In this document: positions 1-11,655 of the stretch, piece by piece
How the letters are laid out: each line of letters begins with the position of its first letter
Position numbering within the stretch: the first letter of the stretch is position 1
Assembly (NCBI GenBank): GCA_017499595.2
Contig: CM039000.1
Coordinates: forward strand, 248,001-312,000
From: Psilocybe cubensis
Taxonomy: Eukaryota
Direction of reading: 5' to 3'
DNA: 64,000 nucleotides
Program-made: the position numbers and the translations under genes
The notes under the pieces: model-generated
Told to the model about the DNA's origin: nothing
The model's input: the letters and a program-made list of their open reading frames with translations, nothing else
Databases searched by the model: none

Positions 1-1462
1 CTTCACAGGAAACCCTTTTTGTATTGTTGGCTGCCCTGTACGAGTCGGAATGTGAGTATTGCAGGTGGTATTGTGGCCAGAGCTTGTAGCTGATCGCCTC
101 TGCATGCCGTCGTAGCACCAGAGTTACTTCTGCAACAGTTCCTGCAGTTTCTGGAACAGGAAAGGAGAGAGAATACCTCTCAAACTCCATTCCAGTGTGG
201 TTCAAGCACGGAAGTATCATCACACATACCATTATCCACGGCTTCTTCTGGATTTGATGGTCACGATCTCAGCGCTACGTGTATCCGTGAGTCTTTGCAC
301 TGAATCCACCAACAAAATTCTCAAGGAAGGTACCAAATACAGCACCTTATTCATCTCCATCGACATCGTCCACAGGTTCATTGTCATTCCATCGCGTGAA
401 TGAACAGTCTCCTGAGATATCATACCCATGAGACCCTTGTGCTCCCTACATGCAAGATGAGGTATTGGATCAGCATAATTTGCAAAGTGAGCCGGTTCCA
501 CCAGAGTAATAATTCTATGCAAAACTGACCTTACCCGTCAGCGAGAACCCACAGTTCCCCACCGGGTCATACTGACTCTGGTTGGGATGCTCTGCCACAA
601 GACACATTGTGGCCAACAAACCATGTCCCAGTATTTAGGGACAATTATCCTTCTTCCTTCATGGAAGCACCCATTGGCGCCTCAGACAACAAACTGGGCA
701 TCATGCAAGACCCAATGCTCCCACCAGTTCTCGCTTCAATGCCCACATATGAATTTGAAAGGCCGGTGGAGATCCCAACTGGGCAAGTGTCCACATCGTA
801 TGAGTGAATTTCCTCTTGTTTTATCCAATGCTAACCTTCCGTAAATTTACAGACACGGCATGGACACTGCGTCGGTGACTGCTAATGAAGCAGAACGCAG
901 CATCTACGACAACTGGCCTCTGATGCAGTTGTCATTCCTTCCAACCCCGAGCAATCAAGAAGGAAGCAACTATCCAGCCTGTATGTCCTTCAATCCCGTT
1001 GTTTTGGGTCTGTGAACTGACAAATTCTTTTACTCTTTTTCATTTATGTAGTCTCAAATACATTAGGAGAAGGTTTGGATGGTCACAATTTAAGATCCAC
1101 TGACGACAGGCAAATCGTCGCAACTCAGTGCTCCGGGGATCTCCCTGTTGAGCATGGTCACAGCGAACCCAACGTAGATGGAAGGTATGTGTATATCCGC
1201 CCCTTCTCCAGCAGTAAATATTAACTTGGATTGTCCACAAAGGGCATATGAGTCTATGGCAGAGCCGTATGCCAGTGCAGTAACATGGACAAACGATTCC
1301 ATGCAGCTGCCCATCGCACCGGAGCAGCCTACTCCGAGCACGTCCCAAATACAAGGTCACATCCCCAACTGCATGGGGGGCCTCGGCCTCAGCGTCACGC
1401 GTGAACGCAAGAGGTGGCGGAAAGACAAGGGTATTCGGTTTGTCAATCTATCCAGCACCTAG
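1..1462 (+). pseudogene. Orphan family 'gene X', copy 1 (5' end outside window; premature stop)
   Basis: Exons splice collinearly with the intact copy at 43030-44636 (donors near 52, 287, 487, 798, 981, 1185). The last exon ends ...HIPNCMGGLGLSVTRERKRWRKDKGIRFVNLSST*. TGA at 429-431 aligns with TGG (Trp) of copy 4. Confidence 0.7.
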
Positions 1463-2079
1463 ATTGGAAAACCACTACCACGGCGGCGGCGGATAAGCGA
1501 GGCAAAGGAAACAGGATCAAAATCTGTATACCGTAAGCGTTCTGCTCCCTCGCAGGAAAAGAATATAACAAGTACCTGAACACTTTTCACAGATGCGAGA
1601 CATGCTTCAGCGCGGGCCTACAGGGGAGGGGGGCATCGAGTGGTCGAGCCGGTAGACAAAGGTGATGCTTCACCGCTCACCTTTTTCCCCGTACGACCGC
1701 GATATCGATGGGCCGGGTGCGTGGGAGTTCCACGCACCATCTTCGAGGCCGAAATTTAGTCGGATAGCGGTCTTTTTGTAGGATTATGATCAGATCAGGG
1801 CGCAATAAATAGATTTCATCTATACGAGGAAACTGACTTTGTATCTTTGACCCCCAAAATTCCCTACAATACTTGACAAGAAGCATCGCACACTGGTTTT
1901 TTAATTTTTATTAACATGATATCTACCTTCACAAAATCTCAACTTATATTATTGTCTGCACTCTTATTAGATTGATTAGTTCGGTCCTAATCTATGTCCC
2001 AGCCACTCTCAATGATAAACTATGCAGACATTCCGGCGACAAAAGCAAGTTGCAAGTCGGAGGATCGAAAAGAAAGAGG

Positions 2080-2905
2080 AATAGCAAGAAACGCGTGGTC
2101 GCACTATTGTGCAGAATAGATATCACAATGCATCAGTGATGCAATCCACGCAGAAGAGCGACGCCTGTTGCTATGCAGTAGGGTGTACGCAGACAAAGAA
2201 AGATGAACAACGAGGTACGAGGAACAGCAAAAAAACGCGTGGTCGCACTATGGGGTGTTGTTGCGATGAAAGGCCATGTGCCGTATAGACACAACAATGT
2301 ATCAGTGACGCAATTCATACAGAAAAGCGACGCCATGAACGAAAGGGAAATTCCATACACCTTGCGATGCCAATGGTCTCAAATACCATGCGGGAAGGGG
2401 GAAAGAAGTGTCATGTCAACCATAATATCAATCAATGTAAGCAATGCATGAAGAACCAATGCATCGGGGACATTGATGGAGACTGGCGTTTAGGTACTTT
2501 GCCCCTTCTCGAGGTAATTGTTAAATGGTTTTGACTCGGACATGCATGGTCAGGCTAGGCTAGAATTAAGAGCAAACAGCGGCTAAACGCTTCTTTAATC
2601 CTTCCCAGACAGAGAGCCAGGTGTCTCGCACTGAAGGAGATATCCATGCGGTTATGGTGATCAAAACAAATGGACAGAGAGTAGGTGGGGGAGTATGGAG
2701 TGCAAAGACAAATGTAGCGAGGCAAGAGAAACTGTAAAGCACGCGTTGGTGAGGTAAATTGTAAGCAAATGCTGACCAAGGTCTGCATAGAAGGGTAAGA
2801 GTCTTGCAGTGCCCACCGGTCCATGGACACACCAACATTCAACGGATGCATCGATGAGGGACAGCCATGATGCTGACACACGCACGTACCAAAGAGAAAA
2901 AACAA
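2080..2905. repeat. Degenerate, internally repetitive segment homologous to 10230-11655
   Basis: Shares AAACGCGTGGTCGCACTAT (near 2089 and 2232; variant near 10692), ACGCGTTGGTGAGGTAAA (near 2741, 11200, 11362) and GGTACTTTGCCCCTTCTCGAGGTAAT (near 2493, 10934). No coherent ORF. Confidence 0.75.
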
Positions 2906-5900
2906 CTAGTACAACGGCCTCTTTGCTTGGCCTCTTTGTGCTGCATGCCGCCTATGCATCCAACCGCGTCTCTCCTACTATCCTCCGCTGTCCTCGTACA
3001 TTTTTCTCATCAGAGTGGCTTCAAGCACTCACCCCTGTTCTCAGGGGTCATGAAGAAGACTGCTCACAGCCAGAAAACCACGTCCACGACATGACAAGAC
3101 AAGAGTCGGTTTGGACGACACACCGGAGGCACGGAAATTCAATGCCTATAGCATCATGTTCTAGTTCGCACTCACCTCTTCCCCTTTCCTGCTCTTGTTC
3201 AACCGTCCTTTGCCATCCCAAGCGTCCGGAATGTGTCCAATTCAGCTAACTTGGTCTGCCACCGACATTGCCTGTGTCAACCTGCATCCTATAAAACGGA
3301 CATGGTAAGTACTTTGACCAGTAAATATCGCACTCTACTCACACTTAATGTACGCTCCCGTCTGCCCTCCAGCCTGTATCCCCCTAATATCTCCTCCGTT
3401 GCCCTTGCGTCGTGTGCTTCAAGGGCTGGGTCGAGACTGGGTTGCAACGTCTGTGGAACCCACCATTGCCCACGGCGTCGATGGCCGTTGAAGACAGCGC
3501 GGGTGAACGGGTTTGTTTACATTTGTCACGGGTGACACTTGTTACTCGGATCCTGTGTGGTTCCACTAACCATCGTTCGCTCCGTTGTGCAAAACGACAA
3601 CGCCGCTGTCTCTTCAAGATGCGTCAACGACAACCTCAACATCATTTAGCAGGGTAATCACTTGCTACCTTGACATCAGAGCGCATGGCGGAGGGTTTAT
3701 TGCGGCGGGGGACTGTCCTGGTGCATTGCTAATGGCTTCATGCAACACCGTCGTCTACAACATGCGGCGTTGGGGATCTGCGAACATGGTACGTCAGAAT
3801 GAGTACTCATGTTTGTTTCCACTGACCGCTGCGACAACGCCATTGTCTCCTCAACGTGTGTCAACAGCGGCCTCAATATTATTTGGAGCATAATCGCTGC
3901 GTCGAGATCAAAGCTCGTAGCGGAGGGCTCATTACGACAAGGGAATCTTCTCCATGCATTTCACCGGCGTCGCATCCTAGCCTCGTCGTGCAACGCGTCG
4001 GTTCATGTTGTCAATTGTGCTTACCACTCGCCATCGCGTTCTGCAAATCGACTGCCGGAGAAGACAACCTGGATGGTGGAGACTGGAGTACACCAATGGG
4101 TTGTGAGGGTGTTTGTTAAGGTGCATCGTCACTTGTAAGCGGTCTACGCGTTGTGCAACCGTGAATGCCGTACTCATCTTGCGAGATATGTTGAACTTTG
4201 TAGGGATGATGACCAGTCCATTGTAGACTGCGTAACGGGAACGAACTGCCAGCAAAGATAGGTTGGGCTCGAGCACATCCGAGGGAGGTTTGCCAAGGTG
4301 CGTCATCAGTATTTTATGTGTTGACTGGCTGCGGCGATCGTCACTGCGCAGCGACGAGCGGGGGGTCAGCAGAAGTGCGTCATCGAGGAGGCGCAACTCA
4401 CCATTGCGAACCGTCTTGCAATGCCAAGGTTACAGAACACATTTGTTACAGACACCGTCAACGGAAAATTCAATGACGCGGCTTAATGTTAGGGCCGTCA
4501 TTCGTCTTTGGGGGGCAAACTGCGCAATGACGAGAATAGGCTCAGCACCAGCGTGTCTAGGAAGGGTTACAGCTCGCCTTTGTGGTCCCCTCTACGTTCT
4601 TAAGATCTTCCGAGCACATTGTCAGCGCCGTCGCTGACAAGAGTCACAGAACAACACTCTCACCGTGGGGAGACAGGCGCCATCGAGTTCACCAACGACA
4701 AGAGAATGCTTGGGGAAGAGGTTCTTTGACCCGAAATGGCAAAGAAAATGAGGTGACGAGGGAATGAATGATGCCAGTAAGGTGCGTTCCCTTTATATAC
4801 ACGTGAGGTTCTAGTACGAGTGTTACTAGTACTCCATATTACATGGCGTAAGTAGGCTGAAAATGCATTTTTTTTTGTCGCATTTTAGTTCGCATCGGAA
4901 TATCATAATGGTGGTGTTCTTGGTGTTGGCGGCCTTAGCATGATGATTACAAAAGGTACAGGATCTACGAGAATGTTAGTACTAGTGGATGGAGATTCTG
5001 TGCTAGAATAGTAGAAATAAACACATATGTAAATCCATGACGGCATCCAAATTACGTTTGACACCACGCCAATAGATCTGCGAAGCTTTTTAACAATTAG
5101 CAGGCATTGCTGAAAACGAGCCAGGTCAACGTCTTTGACAAGTTTGTTTATCACTTCAGAGTTCAAGGAACTGTTAAGCAGTTTATTACATTCAGCGTTA
5201 TTCAGCCTGTTTCCGTTGTTTTGATCTGAACTGTCGAGTCAAGAGTATGAAACTGAAAGAGAAGGATTGCTTGATATGTATTAATATTGAACCGGACCCT
5301 GTAATTCACAAGTTGGACCCTGATTCTACTGAGGCTGTTGAGTTCGTCTCTGTGGGACCATGCCTAGTGCCCGCGTCATCTCTTCATGCTTTACCGGGGG
5401 GCATTCTGCATCGTGTCCTCTCCAAGTCCTTGGGTATTCTTCAAACTTATTATGCCTCAGGGACCCACTCCGTCATCTATAAGCTTACTGCTTTACATAC
5501 CAAATTGATAACTTTGTAAGCAAAGCGGCAAAAGGAATCTCAAAACTTCACCCCTGAAATTATTCGTAATTCCTGTCGATGAATGTGGGTGAGCTTGCAG
5601 ATATTTAGTGAACCCTCAGGGACTGGTGAGCCTATGAAGATATGTTATCTAGTGCATTCGCTCCGCCTCAAGGATTGTGGCATGCCGCATGTGGTTGGCG
5701 TGGACGGCTAGTCTGAGTCCTAATCCGTGCCCTGACAGAGTGTCGATCCTCCGAACGGCGTTTGTTAACCTTTGTGCGAACTCGGTCAATTAACAGCACT
5801 TCACAAACGGTGCATGAGCTTCTGCGATCCACACCCGGATTGGTCTTGAGACCATACCCGAAGGTGCACATGGCACAAACACGCGAATAAGGGGAATGGA

Positions 5901-6192
5901 AGCACCAGAAGCAATGAGCGCTCCCCGCTAAACGGTCAAGACAAGACCAAATGTAAAAATAGACACACAAATCCAATGCAAGTCCTGAGTGGGCGCTCAG
6001 CGGGAGCATTCGAGCATAGTTCAGCTCTTCATTGAATTATGCACGGTGCTTCTAGCGTGCAACAAGGTATGGCTCCAGCTTTCTCTATCCGTAGTGCTGA
6101 AGTGTAAGATACATGCAGCGTAGGAAAATCGACGCAAGTTGTTTCGATCGTGTCACTTAAAAAGTAAAATCGCCTCTGGAGGAAGGTGGAAC

Positions 6193-6915
6193 ATGACCTA
6201 CTACATTTTCGCCAGCAGAACATTTTATCTCTCCTCTAATGAGCCATGGGATGCGACATATACCACAGAGCGAGGAATCACACTTTACAAAACCGAGCCC
6301 AAGTGGACATGGAGGGTCAAACTCCATACCAAAATATTGCGCACCATTCCAACATATTACCCACAGCATACAAGCTCGTACCAGACATCTTTGGGTTATT
6401 CTCTTAGTATTCTTGCGGATATGAAGGAACATTTCTTTCGTCCCACCACGATAAGATATGATGGTAGAGAGCTGACGGTCGACGAGTTCTTCCAAAGAAA
6501 TGCATCCAACATGTGGGGAAGGTACGTCGATTCCATAATTCCATGTCCTCGACAGGTGCAGAGACATATCTCTTGCTCAGAAACTACGTATTCGCTGGCC
6601 ACAATGGAGTAGAGTATGTGTGGAAGATGGAGGTCGACACGGTCAAGGTAATGTTCTTCCTCCTTAAAAATCCCACGAAGGATTCAGACAAAACTCATCT
6701 CCGCCATGTATCGCGTCCAGCTGTTTGTCAACGACTGGAGAAATACCCTCGTTGCCCACTTTCACCAAAGGAATTTGGGGCTCATGCACCAAGCTCGTCC
6801 CGCATACTTGGAGCTTTTTGGAAATTTAGACGACCGTACGGTAGACCAGATTATTGTCACATTCGTCTATGTGGAGAAGTATCGCAGGGAATGTGACAAT
6901 TGGGATGCTATTTGA
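6193..6915 (+). CDS. DUF6593-like protein A (3 exons)
   Basis: Introns about 6522-6580 and 6648-6720. Spliced product MTYYIFASRTFYLSSNEPWDATYTTERGITLYKT...FAGHNGVEYVWK...VAHFH...PAYLEL...DQIIVTFVYVEKYRR fits the basidiomycete DUF6593 pattern (F.G.DG.EY.W; P..LEI......D.I..TFVY.EK.R). Confidence 0.8.
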
Positions 6916-7218
6916 GGAATATTAGAGGGACCGAGGGATATAATTCTGAAGCAGGAGCTGTGAAGGATGTACAGGAAGTAGACGGTGCGAATTTATTAGG
7001 TATTAAAGTTGTCAATGGAGTGTGTGGTGTAGTACTGGAATCAAGTTCTGGCGAATGTGCCGCGCTCAAAATAAGCGCACATATGTAGATCCGGTGACGG
7101 CATCCAAGCTATGCTTACTAACTATATGAATTGTTGATACAGCCTTTATCCTCCGATCTGGTAGCAGGCGAGTGGGCGTGTCCTGAAGAAATATCAGCAT
7201 TGATTTCTTCTGTTCATT

Positions 7219-7288
7219 GACATTCTTATAAGCCCCGTCTGACAGCTAATACCCGTATCCACCCGAATCTCGAAGCATTTGATAAGAC
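7219..7288 (+). promoter_or_regulatory. Conserved non-coding block upstream of gene X (copies on - at 40668-40735 and 45287-45352)
   Basis: TTATAA.CCCCGT.TGACA...ACCCGT....ACCCGA.TC...GAAG...TGATAAG recurs about 700 bp upstream of three gene X start codons. Confidence 0.5.
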
Positions 7289-8008
7289 AGAGAGAGCTAA
7301 CCTGTGGAGTTGTGTGGTGGTGGTGAACGGCCTACACGCGTGTCTATTCCACACACAATACGGTGAAATCTCATTCGACGGGTCTTTAGTATCTCCTAGT
7401 TGGTAGGAAATCAGTCGGTCTTAGATTCTTGTGATTGCTGATCCTATCCTGGTCGTTTTTCACACAGCAAAGAAGAACAAAGGAACTGCAGCGCCGAGGA
7501 GAACTCTTCTTCTGCTCAATTAGGTCTAGTTCCTGAGCATTGGCGATAGTAACCGATGGGAGTCGACAGATGTAGAATACACAGTTTCGATGCAGTAACA
7601 AGCATTTTTATGCGTCATAGCCAGCACTTGTAAAGAAATGTTGAAGGCCAGCAAACACCAGGCATGCAACTCGGGAATAAGGTCGAACGGAAGAATATAT
7701 AATTCCCCATGAGATTTGAATGTAGTAGCCTAAATAAGAGCGGCGGAAAATGAGAGGAGGTACGTCGCCTGATGGATACCTCATTGTGTGTATGTGTGGG
7801 AGAAAAAAATGATGTGAACAGAAGCAGCGCTGATAGACGAACAGGTGGTGAGTCAGAAGCTGGAGACACGGAACTGGTTAGTGAGCCTGGGACTTTTTGT
7901 GTCTGTCGCCACTCGAATCTGTGTTTTGAGGGGAAGGTTCTGTCCTTACTCTTTTCACACAATTTTGACTCTGTCCCATCTCCCCCATCCTCCTTTTCAT
8001 TTGTCCCA

Positions 8009-9348
8009 ATGTCTGAGCACCAAAACGAATCCTTTGATGTTCCTTCACAGGAAACCCTTTTTGTATTGTTGGCTGCCCTGTACGAGTCGGAATGTGAGTA
8101 TTGCAGGTGACATTGTGGCCAGAGCTTGTAGCTGATCGACTCTGCATGCCGTCGTAGCACCAGAGTTACTTCTGCAACAGTTCCTGCAGTTTCTGGAACA
8201 GGAAAGGAGAGAGAACACCTCTCAAACTCCATTCCAGTGTGGTTCAAGCACGGAAGTATCATCACATTCATCACACATACCATTATCCACGGCTTCTTCT
8301 GGATTTCATGGTCACGATCTCAGCGCTACGTATAACCCAGTGAGTCTTTGCACTGAATTCACCGACAAAATAGTCATACATGATGCGACTCACAGCGCTC
8401 TATTCACCACCATCAACATTGTCCACATTTTCCCCCTTATCCCATCCTGTGGATACACAATCCCCAGTGGTTCCCAGTGTCTGAGCACCAAAAAGAATCC
8501 TTTGATGTTCCTTCACGGGAAGCCCTTTTTGTATTGTTGGCTGCCCTGTACGAGTCGGAATGTGAGTATTGCAGGTGGTATTATGGCCAGAGCTTGTAGC
8601 TGATTGACTCTCTGTGCCATCGTAGCACCAGAGGTATTCCTTCAATGGTTTCTGCAGTTCCTGGAACAGCAAAAGAGAGAATACCTGTCAATCTCCATTC
8701 CGGCATGGTTCAAGCACGGAAATACCATCATACACGTCATTATCCGCGGAGACACGGCATGGGCGCTGCGTTGGTGACTGTTAATGAACCACAACGCGGG
8801 ATGTACGATAACTGGCCTTTGATGCAGTTCTCGTTCCTTCCAACCTCGAGCAATCAAGAAGGAAGCAACCATCCAGTATGTATGTCCTTCAATCCCGTTG
8901 TTTTGGGTCTGTGAACTGACAAATTCTTTTACTCTTTTTCATTTATGTAGTCTCAAATACATTAGGAGAAGGTTTGGATAATCACAACTTGAGATCCACT
9001 GACAACAGGCAAATTGTCGCAACTCAGTGCTCCGGGGATCTCCCTGTTGAGCATGGTCACAGCGAACCCAACGTAGATGGAAGGTATGTGTATATCCGCC
9101 CCCTCTCCAGCAGTAAATGTTAACTTGGATTTTCCACATAGGGCATGCGAGTCCATGACAGAGTCGTATACCAATGCAACGAGTCCATGCAGCTGCCCAT
9201 CGCACCGGAGCAGCATGCTCCGAGCACATCCCACGTACAAGGTCACATCCCCAACTGCATGGGGGGCCTCGGCGTCAGTGTCACGCGTGAACGCAAGAGG
9301 TGGCGGAAAGACAAGGGTATTCGGTTTGTCAATCTATCCAGCACCTAG
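8009..9348 (+). pseudogene. Gene X copy 2, scrambled pseudogene
   Basis: Starts MSEHQNESFDVPSQETLFVLLAALYESE. Exons 1-2 recur at about 8477-8750 and join directly to exon 5 (exon 4 lost). There is a frameshift in the second exon 2 and a ~13-nt deletion near 9178. The C-terminal tail is still present. Confidence 0.75.
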
Positions 9349-10229
9349 ATTGGAAAACCACTACCACGGCGACAGCGGATAAGCGAGGCAAAGGAAACAG
9401 GATCAAAATCTGTATACCGTAAGCGTTCTGCTCCCTCGCAGGTAAAGAATATAACAAGTACCTGAACACTTTTCACAGATGCGAGACATGCTTCAGCGCG
9501 GGCCTACAGGGGAGGGGGGCATCGAGTGGTCGAGCCGGTAGACAAAGGTGATGCTTCACCGCTCACCTTTTCCCCGTACGACCGCGATATCGATGGGCCG
9601 GGTGCGTGGGAGTTCCACGCACCATCTTCGAGGCCGAAATTTAGTCAGATTTTGGTCTTTTGGTAGGACTGTGATCAGATTAGTGCACAATAAACAGATT
9701 TCATTTAAGTTGAAATACCTTTTATCTTTTTAAGTAATACCTTTGAACATCGATAAAGATGGTATACCACATATCTAACCATGTTGCAGGAAACTGAACG
9801 AATATTTTGACCCCAAAAGTTTCCTACAATACTTGACAAGAAGCACTGCACACCGGTTTTTTTAAAAATTCCCTTACCATGATATCCACCTTCACAAATC
9901 ACAAATCACGCACTGTACACTACTATTAAGTTGATTAGTTTGGTTCTAATCTATGTACCAGAACCTCCCAACGACGAACTCTGCAAATATTCCAGTACCA
10001 AAAGCAAATTGCAAATCGCAGGATCGATATTGCTTGGCTGTTCAGACTTCATGATTGCATTTCGCTTGTATATACTGGATAGTCGATCAAACATATGAGG
10101 TTGCTCATGACCACGGTCTATGTAAGTTCGATAATATGCTATACTGGTACTCAGTCGCCTGGTCATAGATCGCCCCTGATTAAGTCCTCACGATTGTCAT
10201 TTACTTATAAAAGACCAAAATGCAATCGG

Positions 10230-11655
10230 GCGCTGTTCAGCTGAAAGACCATGTGCAGAGTAGACGCCGCAATGCATCTGTGAGGGATAGCGGCATAATT
10301 TATGCAAAAGAGTGATGCCATGAACAAGAGAAATAGATTTCCCTGCACTTTTTGGATGTCAATGGCCTCAAATGCCATACGAGAAGGCGGAACGAAGTTT
10401 CAACCCATCGCATCCATCGATGTAAGCAAAACATTGATGGAGGCTGGCATATACATGCTTTTGCCTTGTCGAGATATTCTTGGCTCGGACATGCAGTGTC
10501 AGACTAGAGTAACCTGTGGCTAAACAATTCTTTAGTCCCTCCTAAGCAGAGGGCTAATTATCTCGCGCTGAAGGAGATATCTTCGTGGACATGTGGAGGG
10601 CAAGTATGCGGGGCGAATGGATAGTGTTGACATGGAGTAGGGAGTGAGCAGACAAAAGCAAGAGAAACAACGAGACACGAGGACCAGCGAGAAACGCGTG
10701 GTCGTACTATCGGGCGTTGTTGTGATGAGGTCATGTGCCGTATAGACAGTGATGCAACTCATACAAAGCACCGACGCCATGAGCGAATGAGAGATTTCTC
10801 TGCACTTTTGTATGTCCATGGCCTCAAATACCATGCGAGAAGGGGGAAAGAGGTGTCAACCAATCACACCCATCAATGTAAGCAACGCATGCTGAATCGA
10901 TGCATCGGGGACATTGATGGAGTCTGACTTATAGGTACTTTGCCCCTTCTCGAGGTAATCGTGAATGGTTCTGGCTCGGATATGCAGGGGGTTAGGCTAG
11001 GCAAAAATCTAGGGTAACCGATGGCGTAACACTTCTGTAGTCTTTCCCAGACAGAGAGCTAGGCGTCTCGCGCTGAAGGAGATATCCACGCGCATATGTG
11101 TATGGAAAGTGATCAAAGCGAATGAACAGAGTAGGTGGGGGAATATGGAGTGCGAAGGCATAGGCAAGGCGAATAGCAAAGCACGAGAAGCTGTGGAGAA
11201 CGCGTTGGTGAGGTAAAGTATAAATATATGTGCGCCGAAAGTCCGCATAGAAGCGCACGAAGTTCGTAGTGCACAAGAAAACAGCATACACCGGCGCACA
11301 ACCACCAATAGACATTTAACGGTCAGTGGACAAGAGACCCAGTGTACCAGGAACAGCAAGCACGCGTTGGTGAGGTAAACTGCACTTATATGCGCACCGA
11401 AAAATCCGCAGAATAGCACACACCGGCAAACAACCGACCATAGACGGTCAAAGGATGACGAACAAGAGATTAAGTGTACCAGTGGCAGCGAGGCACGGGT
11501 TGATGAAGTAAACTCAAAATATATGCGCGCCAAAAAGTCCACATAGAAGCGTAGCAGCATTTCAGGGGCACACAGAGAGAAAGACCCGCCCATGGACATC
11601 CAGCGAATGAGGATCAGCGATGATTCTTACACACTCACGTAGCAAAGAAACAAGA
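10230..11655. repeat. Degenerate tandem sub-repeat array, expanded paralog of 2080-2905
   Basis: Two rounds of a ~450-bp unit (about 10240-10620 and 10690-11100), then shorter units with ACGCGTTGGTGAGGTAAA or variants (near 11200, 11362, 11495). Confidence 0.7.

Noticed and set aside
1590-1700. Cys-containing reading KICIP|CETCFSAG... as a Zn2Cys6 domain of gene X
   Set aside because: It lies after the conserved stop, and the cysteines and frame are not kept in copies 3 and 4.
2950-4800. Possible minus-strand multi-exon gene (TATA-like near 4795, ATG near 4683)
   Set aside because: I could not build a stop-free splice model or recognise a family; it may be a pseudogene or TE relic.
5785-5796. 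GTCAATTAACAG, also at 46994-47005, upstream of two DUF6593 genes
   Set aside because: 12-mer matches are expected by chance in 64 kb, and the orientation relative to the two genes differs.
7615-8283. 222-aa minus-strand ORF
   Set aside because: It is the antisense shadow of the gene X 5' region and is not open in the other copies.
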